Positions 25,101 to 39,100 of a stretch of DNA of 64,000 bases are shown here, in pieces. The stretch comes from Eledone cirrhosa. Its lineage: Eukaryota. Position numbers and translations under genes: made by a program. Position 1 is the first letter of the stretch. Each line of letters begins with the position of its first letter. Under the pieces are notes generated by a model. That model was not told where the DNA came from and did not search any database. It saw nothing but the letters and a program-made list of their open reading frames with translations. The stretch spans positions 27,652,001-27,716,000 of the forward strand of contig OZ024744.1 of the NCBI GenBank assembly GCA_964016885.1, in the 5' to 3' direction.

Positions 25101-28100
25101 CTGTTGATGTTGTTGTTGTCGCTGTTATAACTGTTATTGTCACTGTTGTTGTTGTAGCTGTTATAACTCTTATTGTCACTGTTGTTGTTGTTGTCGTCGT
25201 TGTTATCACTGTTATTGTCATTATTGTTGTTGTCGCTGTTATCACTGTTATTGTCATTGTTGTTGTTGTTGTCGCTGTTATCACTGTTATTGTCCCTGTT
25301 GTTGTTGTCGCTGTTATAACTGTTATTGTCACTATTGCTTTTGTTGTTGTCGCTCTTGTCACTCTTATTGTCATTGTTGTTGTTGTTCTCGCTGCTATCC
25401 CTGTTATTGTCATTGTTGTTGTTGTTGTACTCGCTGTTATCACTGTTATTGTCATTGTTGTTGTTGTTGTCGCTGTTATCACTGTTATTGTCACTGTTTT
25501 TGTTGTTGTCGATATTATCACTGTTATTGTCACTGTTGTTTTTGTTGTTGTCGCTGTTATCACTGTTATTTTCATTGTTTTTGTTGTTGTTCTCGCATTT
25601 ATCACTGTTATTGTCAGTGTTGTTGTTCTTGTTCTCGCTGTTATCACTGTCGTCGTCACTGTTGTTGTTGTCGCTGTTATGACTGTTATTGTGACTGTTG
25701 TTGTTGGTGTTTTCGCTGTTATAACTGTTATTGTCATTGTTGTTGTTGTCGGTGTTGTCACTGTTATTGACACTGTTGTTGCTGTTGTTCTCGCTGTTAT
25801 CACTGTTATTGTCACTGTTGTTGTTGTTCTCGCTGTTACCACTGTTATTGTCAATGTTGTTGTTGTTGTCGCTGTTATAACTGTTATTGTCACTGTTGTT
25901 GTTGTCGCTGTTATAACTCTTATTGTCACTGTTGTTGTTGTTGTTGTCGTTGTTATCACTGTTATTGTCATTATTGTTATTGTCGCTGTTATCACTGTTA
26001 TTGTCATTGTTGTTGTTGTTGTTGTCGCTGTTATCACTGTTATTGTCACTGTTGTTGTTGTTGTCGCTTCTATAACTGTTATTGTCACTATTGCTGTTGT
26101 TGTTGTCGCTGTTATCACTCTTATTGTCATTGTTGTTGTTGTCGCTGTTATCACTGTTATTGTCACTGTTGTTGTTCTCGCTGTTATAACTGTTATTCTC
26201 ACTGTTGTTGTTCTCGCTTTTATCAATGGTATTGACACTGTTGTTGTTTTTATTGTCGCTGTTAGAACTGTTATTGTCACTGTTGTTATTGTTGTTGTCG
26301 CTGTTATAACTGTTATTGTCACTGTTGTTGTTGTTGTTGTTGTTCTCGCTGTTATCACTGTTATTGTCATTGTTGTTGTTGTCGCTGTTATCACTGTGAT
26401 TGTCATTGTTGTTGTTGTCGCTGTTATCACTGTTATTGTCACTGTTGTTGTTGTTCTCGCTGTTATCACTGTTATTGTCACTGTTGTTGTTCTTCTCGCT
26501 GTTATCACTGTTATTGTCATTGTTGTTGTTGTTGTGTTCGCTGTTATAACTGTTATTGTCATTGTTGTTGTTGTTGTTGTTGTCGCTGTTATCACTGTTA
26601 TTGTCACTGTTGTTGTTGCCGCTGGTATAACTGTTATTGTCACTGTTGTTTTTGTTTTTGTCGCTGTTATCACTGTTATTGTCACTGTTGTTGTTGTCGC
26701 TGTTATCACTGTGATTGTCATTGTTGTTGTTGTCGCTGTTATAACTGTTATTGTCACTGTTGTTGTTGTTGTTGTTGTTCTCGCTGTTATCACTGTTATT
26801 GTCATTGTTGTTGTTGTCGCTGTTATCACTGTGATTGTCATTGTTGTTGTTGTCGCTGTTATCACTGTTATTGTCACTGTTGTTGTTGTTCTCGCTGTTA
26901 TCACTGTTATTGTCACTGTTGTTGTTCTTCTCGCTGTTATCACTGTTATTGTCATTGTTGTTGTTGTTGTGTTCGCTGTTATAACTGTTATTGTCATTGT
27001 TGTTGTTGTTGTTGTTGTCGCTGTTATCAATGTTATTGTCACTGTTGTTGTTGCCGCTGGTATAACTGTTATTGTCACTGTTGTTTTTGTTTTTGTCGCT
27101 GTTATCACTGTTATTGTCACTGTTGTTGTTGTCGCTGTTATAACTGTTATTGTCACTGTTGTTGTTGTTGTTGTCACTGTTATCACTGTTATTGTCACTG
27201 TTGTTGTTGTTCTCGCTGTTATCACTGTTATTGTCATTGTTGTTGTTGTCGCTGTATTCACTGTTATTGTCACTGTTGCTGTTGTTGTCGCTGTTATCTC
27301 TGTTATTGTCATTGTTGTTGTCGCTGTTATAACTGTTATTGTCATTGTTGTTGTTGTTGTTGTTGTTGCTGTTATAACTGTTATTGTCATTTTTGTTGTT
27401 GTTGTCGCTGTTATCACTGTTATTTTCATTGTTGTTGTTGTCGCTGTTATCACAGTTATTGTCACTGTTGTTGTTGTTGTTGTCGCTGTTATCACTGTTA
27501 TTGTCACTGTTGTTGTTGTCACTGTTATAAATGTTATTGTCACTGTTGTCGTTGTTGTCGCTGTTATCACTGTTATTGTCACTGTTGTTGTTGTTGTTGT
27601 CGCTCTCATAACTGTTCTTTTCACTGTTGTTGTTGTTGTTGTTCTCGCTGTTATCACTGTTATTGTCACTGTTGTTGTCGCTGTTATCACTGTTATTGTT
27701 ACTGTTGTTATTGTTGTTGTTGCTGTTATCACTGTTATTGTCACTGTTGTAGTTGTTGTCGCTGTTATAACTGTTATTGTCACTGTTGTTGTTGCTGTCG
27801 CTGTTATCACTGTTATTGTCATTGTTGTTGTTGTTGTGGCTGTTATCACTGTTATTGTCACTGTTGTTGTCGCTGTTATCACTGTTATTTTCATTGTTGT
27901 TGTTGTTGTTCTCTCTGTTATCACTGTTATTGTCACTGTTGTTGTTGTTCTCGCTGTTATAATTGTTATTGTGACTGTTGTTGTTGTCGCTGTTATAACT
28001 GTTATTGTCATTGTTGTTGTTGTCGCTGTTATCACTGTTATGAACACTGTTGTTGTTGTTGTTCTCGCTGTTATCATGGTTATTGTCACTGTTGTTGTTG

Positions 28101-31100
28101 TTGTCGCTGTCATAACTCTTATTGTCACTGTTGTTGTTGTTGTTGTCGTTGTTATCACTGTTATTGTCATTATTTTGTTCTCGCTGTTATCACTGGTATT
28201 GACACAGTTGTTGTTGTTGTTGTCGCTGTTATAACTGTTATTGTCTCTGTTGATGTTGTTGTTGTCGCTGTTATAACTGTTATTGTCACTGTTGTTGTTG
28301 TCGCTGTTATAACTCTTATTGTCACTGTTGTTGTTGTTGTCGTCGTTGTTATCACTGTTATTGTCATTATTGTTGTTGTTGCTGTTATCACTGTTATTGT
28401 CATTGTTGTTGTTGTTGTCGCTGTTATCACTGTTATTGTCCCTGTTGTTGTTGTCGCTGTTATAAATGTTATTGTCACTATTGCTTTTGTTGTTGTCGCT
28501 CTTATCACTCTTATTGTCATTGCTGTTGTTGTTCTCGCTGCTATGCCTGTTATTATCATTGTTGTTGTTGTTGTACTCGCTGTTATCACTGTTATTGTCA
28601 TTGTTGTTGTTGTTGTCGCCGTTATCACTGTTATTGTCACTGTTTTTGTTGTTGTCGCCATTATCACTGTTATTGTCACTGTTGTTTTTGTTGTTGTCGC
28701 TGTTATCACTGTTATTTTCATTGTTTTTGTTGTTGTTCTCGCATTTATCACTGTTATTGTCAGTGTTGTTGTTGTTGTTCTCGCTGTTATCACTGTTGTT
28801 GTCGTTACTGTTGTTGTTGTCGCTGTTATAACTGTTATTGTCATTGTTGTTGTTGTCGCTGTTATCACTGTTATTGACACTGTTGTTGCTGTTGTTCTCG
28901 CTGTTATCACTGTTATTGTCACTGTTGTTGTTATTGTTCTCGCTGTTACCACTGTTATTGTCACTATTGTTGTTGTTGTCGCTGTTATAACTCTTATTGT
29001 CACTGTTGTTGTTGTTGTTGTCGTTGTTATCACTGTAACTGTCATTATTGTTATTGTCGCTGTTATCACTGTTATTGTCATTGTTGTTGTTGTTGTTGTT
29101 GTCGTCGCTGTTATCACTTTTATTGTCACTGTTTTTGTTGTCGCTTCTATAACTGTTATTTTCACTATTGCTATTGTTGTCGCTGTTATCACTCCTATTG
29201 TCATTGTTGTTGTTGTCGCTGTTATCACTGTTATTGTCACTGTTGTTGTTCTCGCTGTTATAACTGTTATTCTCACTGTTGTTGTTTTTCTCGCTGTTAT
29301 CACTGGTATTGACACTGTTGTTGTTTTTATTGTCGCTGTTATAACTGTTATTGTCACTGTTGTTATTGTTGTTGTCGCTGTTATATCTGTTATTGTCACT
29401 GTTGTTGTTGTTGTTCTCGCTGTTATCACTGTTATTGTCATTGTTGTTGTTGTCGCTGTTATCACTGTTATTGTCACTGTTGTTGTTGCTGTTATAACTC
29501 TTATTGTCACTGTTGTTGTTGTTCTCGCTGTTATCACTGTTATTGTCACTGTTGTTGTTCTTCTCGCTGTTATCACTGTTATTGTCATTGTTGTTGTTGT
29601 TGTGTTCGCTGTTATAACTGTTATTGTCATTGTTGTTGTTGTTGTCGCTGTTATCACTGTTATTGTCACTGTTGTTGTTGTCGCTGGTATAACTGTTATT
29701 GTCACTGTTGTTTTTGTTGTTGTCGCTGTTATCACTGTTATTGTCACTGTTGTTGTTGTCGCTGTTATAACTGTTATTCTCACTGTTGTTGTTGTTCTCG
29801 CTGTTATCACTGGTATTGACACTGTTGTTGTTTTTATTGTCGCTGTTATAACTGTTATTGTCACTGTTGTTATTGTTGTTATCGCTGTTATAACTGTTAT
29901 TGTCACTGTTGTTGTTGTTGTTCTCGCTGTTATCACTGTTATTGTCATTGTTGTTGTTGTCGCTGTTATCACTGTTATTGTCATTGTTGTTGTTGTCGCT
30001 GTTATCACTGTTATTGTCACTGTTGTTGTTGTTCTCGCTGTTATCACTGTTATTGTCACTGTTGTTGTTCTTCTCGCTGTTATCACTGTTATTGTCATTG
30101 TTGTTGTTGTTGTGTTCGCTGTTATAACTGTTATTGTCATTGTTGTTGTTGTTGTCGCTGTTATCACTGTTATTGTCACTGTTGTTGTTGTCGCTGGTAT
30201 AACTGTTATTGTCACTGTTGTTTTTGTTGTTGTCGCTGTTATCACTGTTATTGTCACTGTTGTTGTTGTCGCTGTTATAACTGTTATTGTCATTGTTGTT
30301 GTTGTTGTCACTGTTATCACTGTTATTGTCACCGTTGTTGTTGTTCTCGCTGTTATCACTGTTATTGTCATTGTTGTTGTTGTTGTTGTCGCTGTTATCA
30401 CTGTTATTGTCACTGTTGCTGTTGTTGTCGCTGTTATCTCTGTTATTGTCATTGTTGTTGTCGCTGTTATAACTGTTATTGTCATTGTTGTTGTTGTTGT
30501 TGATGCTGTTATAACTGTTACTGTCATTGTTGTTGTTCTCGCTGTTATCACTGTTATTTTCATTGTTGTTGTTGTCGCTGTTATCACTGTTATTTTCACT
30601 GTTGTTGTTGTTGTTGTCGCTGTTATCACTGTTATTGTCACTGTTGTTGTTGTTGTCGCTGTCATAACTGTTCTTTTCACTGTTGTTGTTGTTGTTGTTG
30701 TTGTCGCTGTTATAACTGTTATTGTCACTGTTGTTGTTGCTGTTATAACTCTTATTGTCACTGTTGTTGTTGTCGCTGTTATCTCTGTTATTGTCACAGT
30801 TGTTGTTGTCGCTGTTATCATTGTTATTGTCATTGTCGTTGTTGTCTCTTTTATAACTGTTATTGTCATTATTGTTGTTGTTGTCGCTGTTATAACTGTT
30901 ATTGTCACTGTTGTTGTTGTTGCTGTCGGTGTTATAACTGTTATTGTCACTGTTGTTATTGTTGTTGTCGCTGTTATAACTGTTATTGTCACTGTTGTTG
31001 TTGTTGTTGTACTCGCTGTTATCACTGTTATTGTTGTTTTTGTAGTGGTTGTTATCACTGTTATTGTTACTGTTGTTGTTGTTGCTGTCGCTGTTATTAC

Positions 31101-33130
31101 TGTTATTGTCATTGTTGTTGTTGTTGTGGCTGTTATCACTGTTGTTGTCGCTGTTATCACTGTTATTTTCATTGTTGTTGTTGTTGTTCTCTCTGTTATC
31201 ACTGTTATTGTCATTGTTATTGTCACTGTTGTTGTTGTTCTCGCTGTTATAACTGTTATTGTCATTGTTGTTGTTGTTGTCGCTGTTATCACTGTTATTA
31301 ACACTGTTGTTGTTGTTCTCGCTGTAATCACTGTTATTGTCACTGTTGTTGTTGTCGCTGTTATAACTGTTATTGTCACTGTTGTTGTTGGTGTTGTCGC
31401 TGTCATAACTCTTATTGTCACTGTTGTTGTTGTTGTCGTTGTTATCACTGTTATTGTCATTATTGTTGTTCTCGCTGTAATCACTGGTATTGACACTGTT
31501 GTTGTTGTTGTCGCTGTTATAACTGTTATTGTCTCTGTTGATGTTGTTGTTGTCGCTGTTATAACTGTTATTGTCACTGTTGTTGTTGTAGCTGTTATAA
31601 CTCTTATTGTCACTGTTGTTGTTGTTGTCGTCGTTGTTATCACTGTTATTGTCATTATTGTTGTTGTCGCTGTTATCACTGTTATTGTCATTGTTGTTGT
31701 TGTTGTCGCTGTTATCACTGTTATTGTCCCTGTTGTTGTTGTCGCTGTTATAACTGTTATTGTCTCTATTGCTTTTGTTGTTGTCGCTCTTATCACTCTT
31801 ATTGTCATTGTTGTTGTTGTTCTCGCTGCTATCCCTGTTATTGTCATTGTTGTTGTTGTTGTACTCGCTGTTATCACTGTTATTGTCATTGTTGTTGTTG
31901 TTGTCGCTGTTATCACTGTTATTGTCACTGTTTTTGTTGTTGTCGATATTATCACTGTTATTGTCACTGTTGTTTTTGTTGTTGTCGCTGTTATCACTGT
32001 TATTTTCATTGTTTTTGTTGTTGTTCTCGCATTTATCACTGTTATTGTCAGTGTTGTTGTTCTTGTTCTCGCTGTTATCACTGTCGTCGTCACTGTTGTT
32101 GTTGTCGCTGTTATAACTGTTATTGTGACTGTTGTTGTTGTTGTTGTCGCTGTTATAACTGTTATTGTCATTGTTGTTGTTGTCGCTGTTATCACTGTTA
32201 TTGACACTGTTGTTGCTGTTGTTCTCGCTGTTATCACTGTTATTGTCACTGTTGTTGTTGTTCTCGCTGTTACCACTGTTATTGTCAATGTTGTTGTTGT
32301 TGTCGCTGTTATAACTGTTATTGTCACTGTTGTTGTTGTCGCTGTTACAACTCTTATTGTCACTGTTGTTGTTGTTGTTGTCGTTGTTATCACTGTTATT
32401 GTCATTATTGTTATTGTCGCTGTTATCACTGTTATTGTCATTGTTGTTGTTGTTGTTGTCGCTGTTATCACTGTTATTGTCACTGTTGTTGTTGTTGTCG
32501 CTTCTATAACTGTTATTGTCACTATTGCTGTTGTTGTTGTCGCTGTTATCACTCTTATTGTCATTGTTGTTGTTGTCGCTGTTATCACTGTTATTGTCAC
32601 TGTTGTTGTTCTCGCTGTTATAACTGTTATTCTCACTGTTGTTGTTCTCGCTGTTATCAATGGTATTGACACTGTTGTTGTTTTTATTGTCGCTGTTAGA
32701 ACTGTTATTGTCACTGTTGTTATTGTTGTTGTCGCTGTTATAACTGTTATTGTCACTGTTGTTGTTGTTGTTGTTGTTCTCGCTGTTATCACTGTTATTG
32801 TCATTGTTGTTGTTGTCGCTGTTATCACTGTTATTGTCACTGTTGTTGTTGCCGCTGGTATAACTGTTATTGTCACTGTTGTTTTTGTTTTTGTCGCTGT
32901 TATCACTGTTATTGTCACTGTTGTTGTTGTCGCTGTTATAACTGTTATTGTCACTGTTGTTGTTGTTGTTGTCACTGTTATCACTGTTATTGTCACTGTT
33001 GTTGTTGTTCTCGCTGTTATCACTGTTATTGTCATTGTTGTTGTTGTCGCTGTATTCACTGTTATTGTCACTGTTGCTGTTGTTGTCGCTGTTATCTCTG
33101 TTATTGTCATTGTTGTTGTCGCTGTTATAA
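24600..33130. repeat. Dispersed duplication, about 24.6-27.3 kb versus 31.0-33.1 kb (offset 6434)
   Basis: gtagct 25154/31588, gatatt 25511/31945 and aatggt 26225/32659 are all offset by exactly 6434; gtattc occurs at 27254/33052. Confidence 0.85.
25052..28194. repeat. Representative copy of the ~2.7-3.3 kb higher-order variant cycle
   Basis: Ordered rare variants: ggtattgac, tctgttgat, gtccct, attgctttt, gctgctatccct, gtactc, gcattt, gtcagt, accact/gtcaat, gcttct, attctc, gttaga, cttctc, gtgttc, gctggt, atctct, ataaat, gttcttttc, gtagtt, gtggct, ctctct, then back to ggtattgac. The opening marker lies at 15271, 18097, 18981, 22234, 25052, 28195 and 31486. Confidence 0.8.
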
Positions 33131-35260
33131 CTGTTATTGTCATTGTTGTTGTTGTTGTCGCCGTTATCACTGTTATTTTCATTGTTTTTGTTGTTGTTCT
33201 CGCATTTATCACTGTTATTGTCAGTGTTGTTGTTGTTGTTCTCGCTGTTATCACTGTTGTCGTTACTGTTGTTGTTGTTGTCGCTGTTATAACTGTTATT
33301 GTCATTGTTGTTGTTGTCGCTGTTATCACTGTTATTGACACTGTTGTTGCTGTTGTTCTCGCTGTTATCACTGTTATTGTCACTGTTGTTGTTATTGTTC
33401 TCGCTGTTACCACTGTTATTGTCACTATTGTTGTTGTTGTCGCTGTTATAACTCTTATTGTCACTGTTGTTGTTGTTGTTGTCGTTGTTATCACTGTAAC
33501 TGTCATTATTGTTATTGTCGCTGTTATCACTGTTATTGTCATTGTTGTTGTTGTTGTCGTCGCTGTTATCACTTTTATTGTCACTGTTTTTGTTGTTGTC
33601 GCTTCTATAACTGTTATTTTCACTATTGCGGTTGTTGTCGCTGTTATCACTCCTATTGTCATTGTTGTTGTTGTCGCTGTTATCACTGTTATTGTCCCTG
33701 TTGTTGTTCTCGCTGTTATAACTGTTATTCTCACTGTTGTTGTTGTTCTCGCTGTTATCACTGGTATTGACACTGTTGTTGTTTTTATTGTCGCTGTTAT
33801 AACTGTTATTGTCACTGTTGTTATTGTTGTTGTCGCTGTTATAACTGTTATTGTCACTGTTGTTGTTGTTGTTCTCGCTGTTATCACTGTTATTGTCATT
33901 GTTGTTGTTGTCGCTGTTATCACTGTTATTGTCATTGTTGTTGTTGTCGCTGTTATCACTGTTATTGTCACTGTTGTTGTTGTTCTCGCTGTTATCACTG
34001 TTATTGTCACTGTTGTTGTTCTTCTCGCTGTTATCACTGTTATTGTCATTGTTGTTGTTGTTGTGTTCGCTGTTATAACTGTTATTGTCATTGTTGTTGT
34101 TGTTGTTGCTGTTATCACTGTTATTGTCACTGTTGTTGTTGTCGCTGGTATAACTGTTATTGTCACTGTTGTTTTTGTTGTTGTCGCTGTTATCACTGTT
34201 ATTGTCACTGTTGTTGTTGTCGCTGTTATAACTGTTATTCTCACTGTTGTTGTTGTTCTCGCTGTTATCACTGGTATTGACACTGTTGTTGTTTTTATTG
34301 TCGCTGTTATAACTGTTATTGTCACTGTTGTTATTGTTGTTGTCGCTGTTATAACTGTTATTGTCACTGTTGTTGTTGTTGTTCTCGCTGTTATCACTGT
34401 TATTGTCATTGTTGTTGTTGTCGCTGTTATCACTGTTATTGTCATTGTTGTTGTTGTCGCTGTTATCACTGTTATTGTCACTGTTGTTGTTGTTCTCGCT
34501 GTTATCACTGTTATTGTCACTGTTGTTGTTCTTCTCGCTGTTATCACTGTTATTGTCATTGTTGTTGTTGTTGTGTTCGCTGTTATAACTGTTATTGTCA
34601 TTGTTGTTGTTGTTGTCGCTGTTATCACTGTTATTGTCACTGTTGTTGTTGGCGCTGGTATAACTGTTATTGTCACTGTTGTTTTTGTTGTTGTCGCTGT
34701 TATCACTGTTATTGTCACTGTTGTTGTTGTCGCTGTTATAACTGTTATTGTCATTGTTGTTGTTGTTGTCACTGTTATCACTGTTATTGTCACCGTTGTT
34801 GTTGTTCTCGCTGTTATCACTGTTATTGTCATTGTTGTTGTTGTTGTTGTCGCTGTTATCACTGTTATTGTCACTGTTGCTGTTGTTGTCGCTGTTATCT
34901 CTGTTATTGTCATTGTTGTTGTCGCTGTTATAACTGTTATTGTCATTGTTGTTGTTGTTGATGCTATTATAACTGTTACTGTCATTGTTGTTGTTGTCGC
35001 TGTTATCACTGTTATTTTCATTGTTGTTGTTGTCGCTGTTATCACTGTTATTTTCACTGTTGTTGTTGTTGTTGTCGCTGTTATCACTGTTATTGTCACT
35101 GTTGTTGTTGTTGTCGCTGTCATAACTGTTCTTTTCACTGTTGTTGTTGTTGTTGTTGTTGTCGCTGTTATAACTGTTATTGTCACTGTTGTTGTTGCTG
35201 TTATAACTCTTATTGTCACTGTTGTTGTTGTCGCTGTTATCTCTGTTATTGTCACAGTTG
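28700..35260. repeat. Duplication, about 28.7-30.8 kb versus 33.2-35.3 kb (offset ~4460), each copy containing a ~510-bp tandem duplication
   Basis: gtaact 29035/33496, actcct 29191/33649, accgtt 30331/34792. Internal ggtattgac pairs at 29305/29812 and 33763/34273. Confidence 0.85.
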
Positions 35261-36169
35261 TTGTTGTTGTCGCTGTTATAACTGTTATTGTCACTGTTGT
35301 TGTTGTTGCAGTCGGTGTTATAACTGTTATTGTCACTGCTGTTATTGTTGTTGTCGCTGTTATAACTGTTATTGTCACTGTTGTTGTTGTTGTTCTCGCT
35401 GTTATCACTGTTATTGTCATTGTTGTTGTTGTCGCTGTTATCACTGTTATTGTCACTGTTGATGTTGTTCTCGCTGTTATCACTGTTATTGTCACTGTTG
35501 TTGTTCTTCTCGCTCTTATCACTGTTATTGTCATTGTTGTTGTTGTTGTGTTCGCTGTTATAACTGTTATTGTCATTGTTGTTCTTGTTGTTGTCGCTGT
35601 TATCACTGTTATTGTCACTGTTGTTGTCGCTGGTATAACTGTTATTGTCACTGTTGTTTTCGTTGTTGTCGCTGTTATCACTGTTATTGTCACTGTTGTT
35701 GTTGTCGCTGTTATAACTGTTAGTGTCACTGTTGTTGTTGTTCTCGCTGTTATCACTGTTATTGTCATTGTTGTTTTTGTCGCTGTTATCACTGTTATTG
35801 TCACTGTTGCTGTTGTTGTCGCTGTTATCTCTGTTATTGTCATTTTTTTTGTCGCTGTTATAACTGTTATTGTCATTGTTGTTGTTGTTGTTGCTGTTAT
35901 AACTGTTACTGTCATTGTTGTTGTTGTCGCTGTAATCACTGTTATTTTCAATGTTGTTGTTGTCGCTGTTATCACTGTTATTGTCACTGTTGTTGTTGTT
36001 GTTGTCGATTTTATCACTGTTATTGTCACTGTTGTTGTTGTTGTTGTCGCTGTCATAACTGTTATTTTCACTGTTGTTGTTGTTGTTGTTGTTGTTGTTG
36101 CTGTTATAACTGTTATTGTCACTGTTGTTGTCGCTGTTATAACTCTTATTGTCACTGTTGTTGTTGTCG

Positions 36170-39100
36170 CTGTTGTCATTGTTATTGTCATTGTTGTTGT
36201 TGTCGCTTTTATAAATGTTATTGTCATTGTAGTTGTTGTTGTCGCTGTTATAACTGTTATTGTCACTGTTGTTGTTGTTGCTGTCGGTGGTATAACTGTT
36301 ATTAGTTACTGTTGTTGTTGTTCTCGCTGTTACCACTGTTATTGTCAATGTTGTTGTTGTTGTCGCTGTTATAACTGTTATTGTCACTGTTGTTGTTGTC
36401 GCTGTTATAACTCTTATTGTCACTGTTGTTGTTGTTGTTGTTGTCGTTGTTATCACTGTTATTGTCATTATTGTTATTGTCGCTGTTATCACTGTTATTG
36501 TCATTGTTGTTGTTGTTGTTGTCGCTGTTATCACTGTTGTTGTCACTGTTGTTGTTGTTGTCGCTTCTATAACTGTTATTGTCACTATTGCTGTTGTTGT
36601 TGTCGCTGTTATCACTCGTATTGTCATTGTTGTTGTCGCTGTTATCACTGTTATTGTCACTGTTGTTGTTCTGGCTGTTATCACTGGTATTGACACTGTT
36701 GTTGTTTTTATTGTCGCTGTTAGAACTGTTATTGTCACTGTTATTATTGTTGTTGTCGCTGTTATCACTGTTATTGTCACTGTTGTTGTTGTTGTTCTCG
36801 CTGTTGTCACTGTTATTGTCATTGTTGTTGTTGTCGCTGTTATCACTGTTATTGTCATTGTTGTTGTCGCTGTTATCACTGTTATTGTCACTGTTGTTGT
36901 TCTTCTCGCTGTTATCACTGTTATTGTCACTGTTGTTGTTCTTCTCGCTGTTATCACTGTTATTGTCGTTGTTGTTGTTGTGTTCGCTGTTATAACTGTT
37001 ATTATCATTGTTGTTGTTGTTGTTGTTGTCGCTGTTATCACTGTTATTGTCACTGTTGTTGTTGTCGCTGGTATAACTGTTATTGTCACTGTTGTTTTTG
37101 TTGTTGTCGCTGTTATCACTGTTATTGTCACTGTTGTTGTTGTCGCTGTTATCACTGTCATTGTCATTGTTGTTGTCGCTGTTATCACTGTTATTGTCAC
37201 TGTTGTTGTTCCCGCTGTTATCACTGTTATTGTCACTGTTGCTGTTGTTGTCGCTGTTATCTCTGTTATTGTCATTGTTGTTGTCGCTGTTATAACTGTT
37301 ATTGTCATTGTTGTTGTTGTTGTTGTTGTTGTTGCTGTTATAACTGTTACTGTCATTGTTGTTGTTGTTGTCGCTGGTATCACTGTTATTTTCATTGTTG
37401 TTGTCGCTGTTATCACTGTTATTGTCACTCTTGTTGTTGTTGTCGCTGTTATCACTGTTATTGTCACTGTTGTTGTTGTTGTCACTGTTATAAATGTTAT
37501 TGTCACTGTTGTCGTTGTTGTCGCTGTTATCACTGTTATTGTCACTGTTGTTGTTGTTGTTGTCGCTGTCATAACTGTTCTTTTCACTGTTGTTGTTGTT
37601 GTTGTTCTCGCTGTTATCACTGTTATTGTCACTGTTGTTGTCGCTGGTATCACTGTTATTGTCACTGTTGTTATTGTTGTTGTTGCTGTTATCACTGTTA
37701 TTGTCACTGTTGTAGTTGTTGTCGCTGTTATAACTGTTATTGTCACTGTTGTTGTTGTTGCTGTCGCTGTTATCACTGTTATTGTCATTGTTGTTGTTGT
37801 TGTCGCTGTTATCACTGTTATTGTCACTGTTGTTGTCGCTGTTATCACTGTTATTTTCATTGTTGTTGTTGTTGTTCTCTCTGTTATCACTGTTATTGTC
37901 ACTGTTATTGTCACTGTTGTTGTTGTTCTCGCTGTTATAACTGTTATTGTCACTGTTGTTGTTGTCGCTGTTATAACTGTTATTGTCACTGTTGTTGTTG
38001 TTGTCACTGTTATCACTGTTATTGTCACTGTTGTTGTTGTTCTCGCTGTTATCACTGTTATTGTCATTGTTGTTGTTGTCGCTGTTATCACTGTTATTGT
38101 CACTGTTGTTGTTGTTGTCGCTGTTATCTCTGTTATTGTCATTGTTGTCGCTGTTATAACTGTTATTGTCATTATTGTTGTTGTTGTTGCTGTTATAACT
38201 GTTACTGTCATTGTTGTTGTTGTTGTCGCTGTTATCACTGTTATTTTCATTGTTGTTGTTGTCGCTGTTATCACTGTTATTGTCACTGTTGTTGTTGTTG
38301 TCGCTGTTATCACTGTTATTGTCACTGTTGTTGTTGTCACTGTTATAAATGTTATTGTCACTGTTGTCATTGTTGTCGCTGTTATCACTGTTATTGTCAC
38401 TGTTGTTGTTGTTGTTGTCGCTGTCATAACTGTTCTTTTCACTGTTGTTGTTGTTGTTCTCGCTGTTATCACTGTTATTGTCACTGTTGTTGTCGCTGTT
38501 ATCATTGTTATTGTCACTGTTGTTATTGTTGTTGTTGCTGTTATCACTGTTATTGTCACTGTTGTAGTTGTTGTCGCTGTTTTTAACTGTTATTGTCACT
38601 GTTGTTGTTGTTGCTGTCGCTGTTATCACTGTTATTGTCATTGTTGTTGTTGTTGTTCTCTCTGTTATCACTGTTATTGTCACTGTTATTGTCACTGTTG
38701 TGGTTGTTCTCGCTGTTATAATTGTTATTGTGACTGTTGTTGTTGTCGCTGTTATAACTGTTATTGTTATTGTTGTTGTTGTTGTCGCTGTTATCACTGT
38801 TATTAACACTGTTGTTGTTGTTGTTCTCGCTGTTATCACTGGTATTGACACAGTTGTTGTTGTTGTTGCCGCTGTTATAACTGTTATTGTCTCTGTTCAT
38901 GTTGTTGTTGTCGTTGTTATAACTGTTATTATCACTGTTGTTGTTGTCGCTGTTATAACTCTTATTGTCACTGTTGTTGTTGTTGTCGTCGTTGTTATCA
39001 CTGTTATTGTCATTATTGTTGTTGTCGCTGTTATCACTGTTATTGTCATTGTTGTTGTTGTTGTCGCTGTTATCACTGTTATTGTCCCTGTTGTTGTTGT

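Noticed and set aside
24757-38559. 4600-aa minus-strand ORF and similar giants (2184-14387, 38897-46387, 51341-59491)
   Set aside because: They are pure repeat translation that flips between poly-T and NNSD registers at indels. They have no domain or unique terminus and overlap equally long ORFs in other frames.
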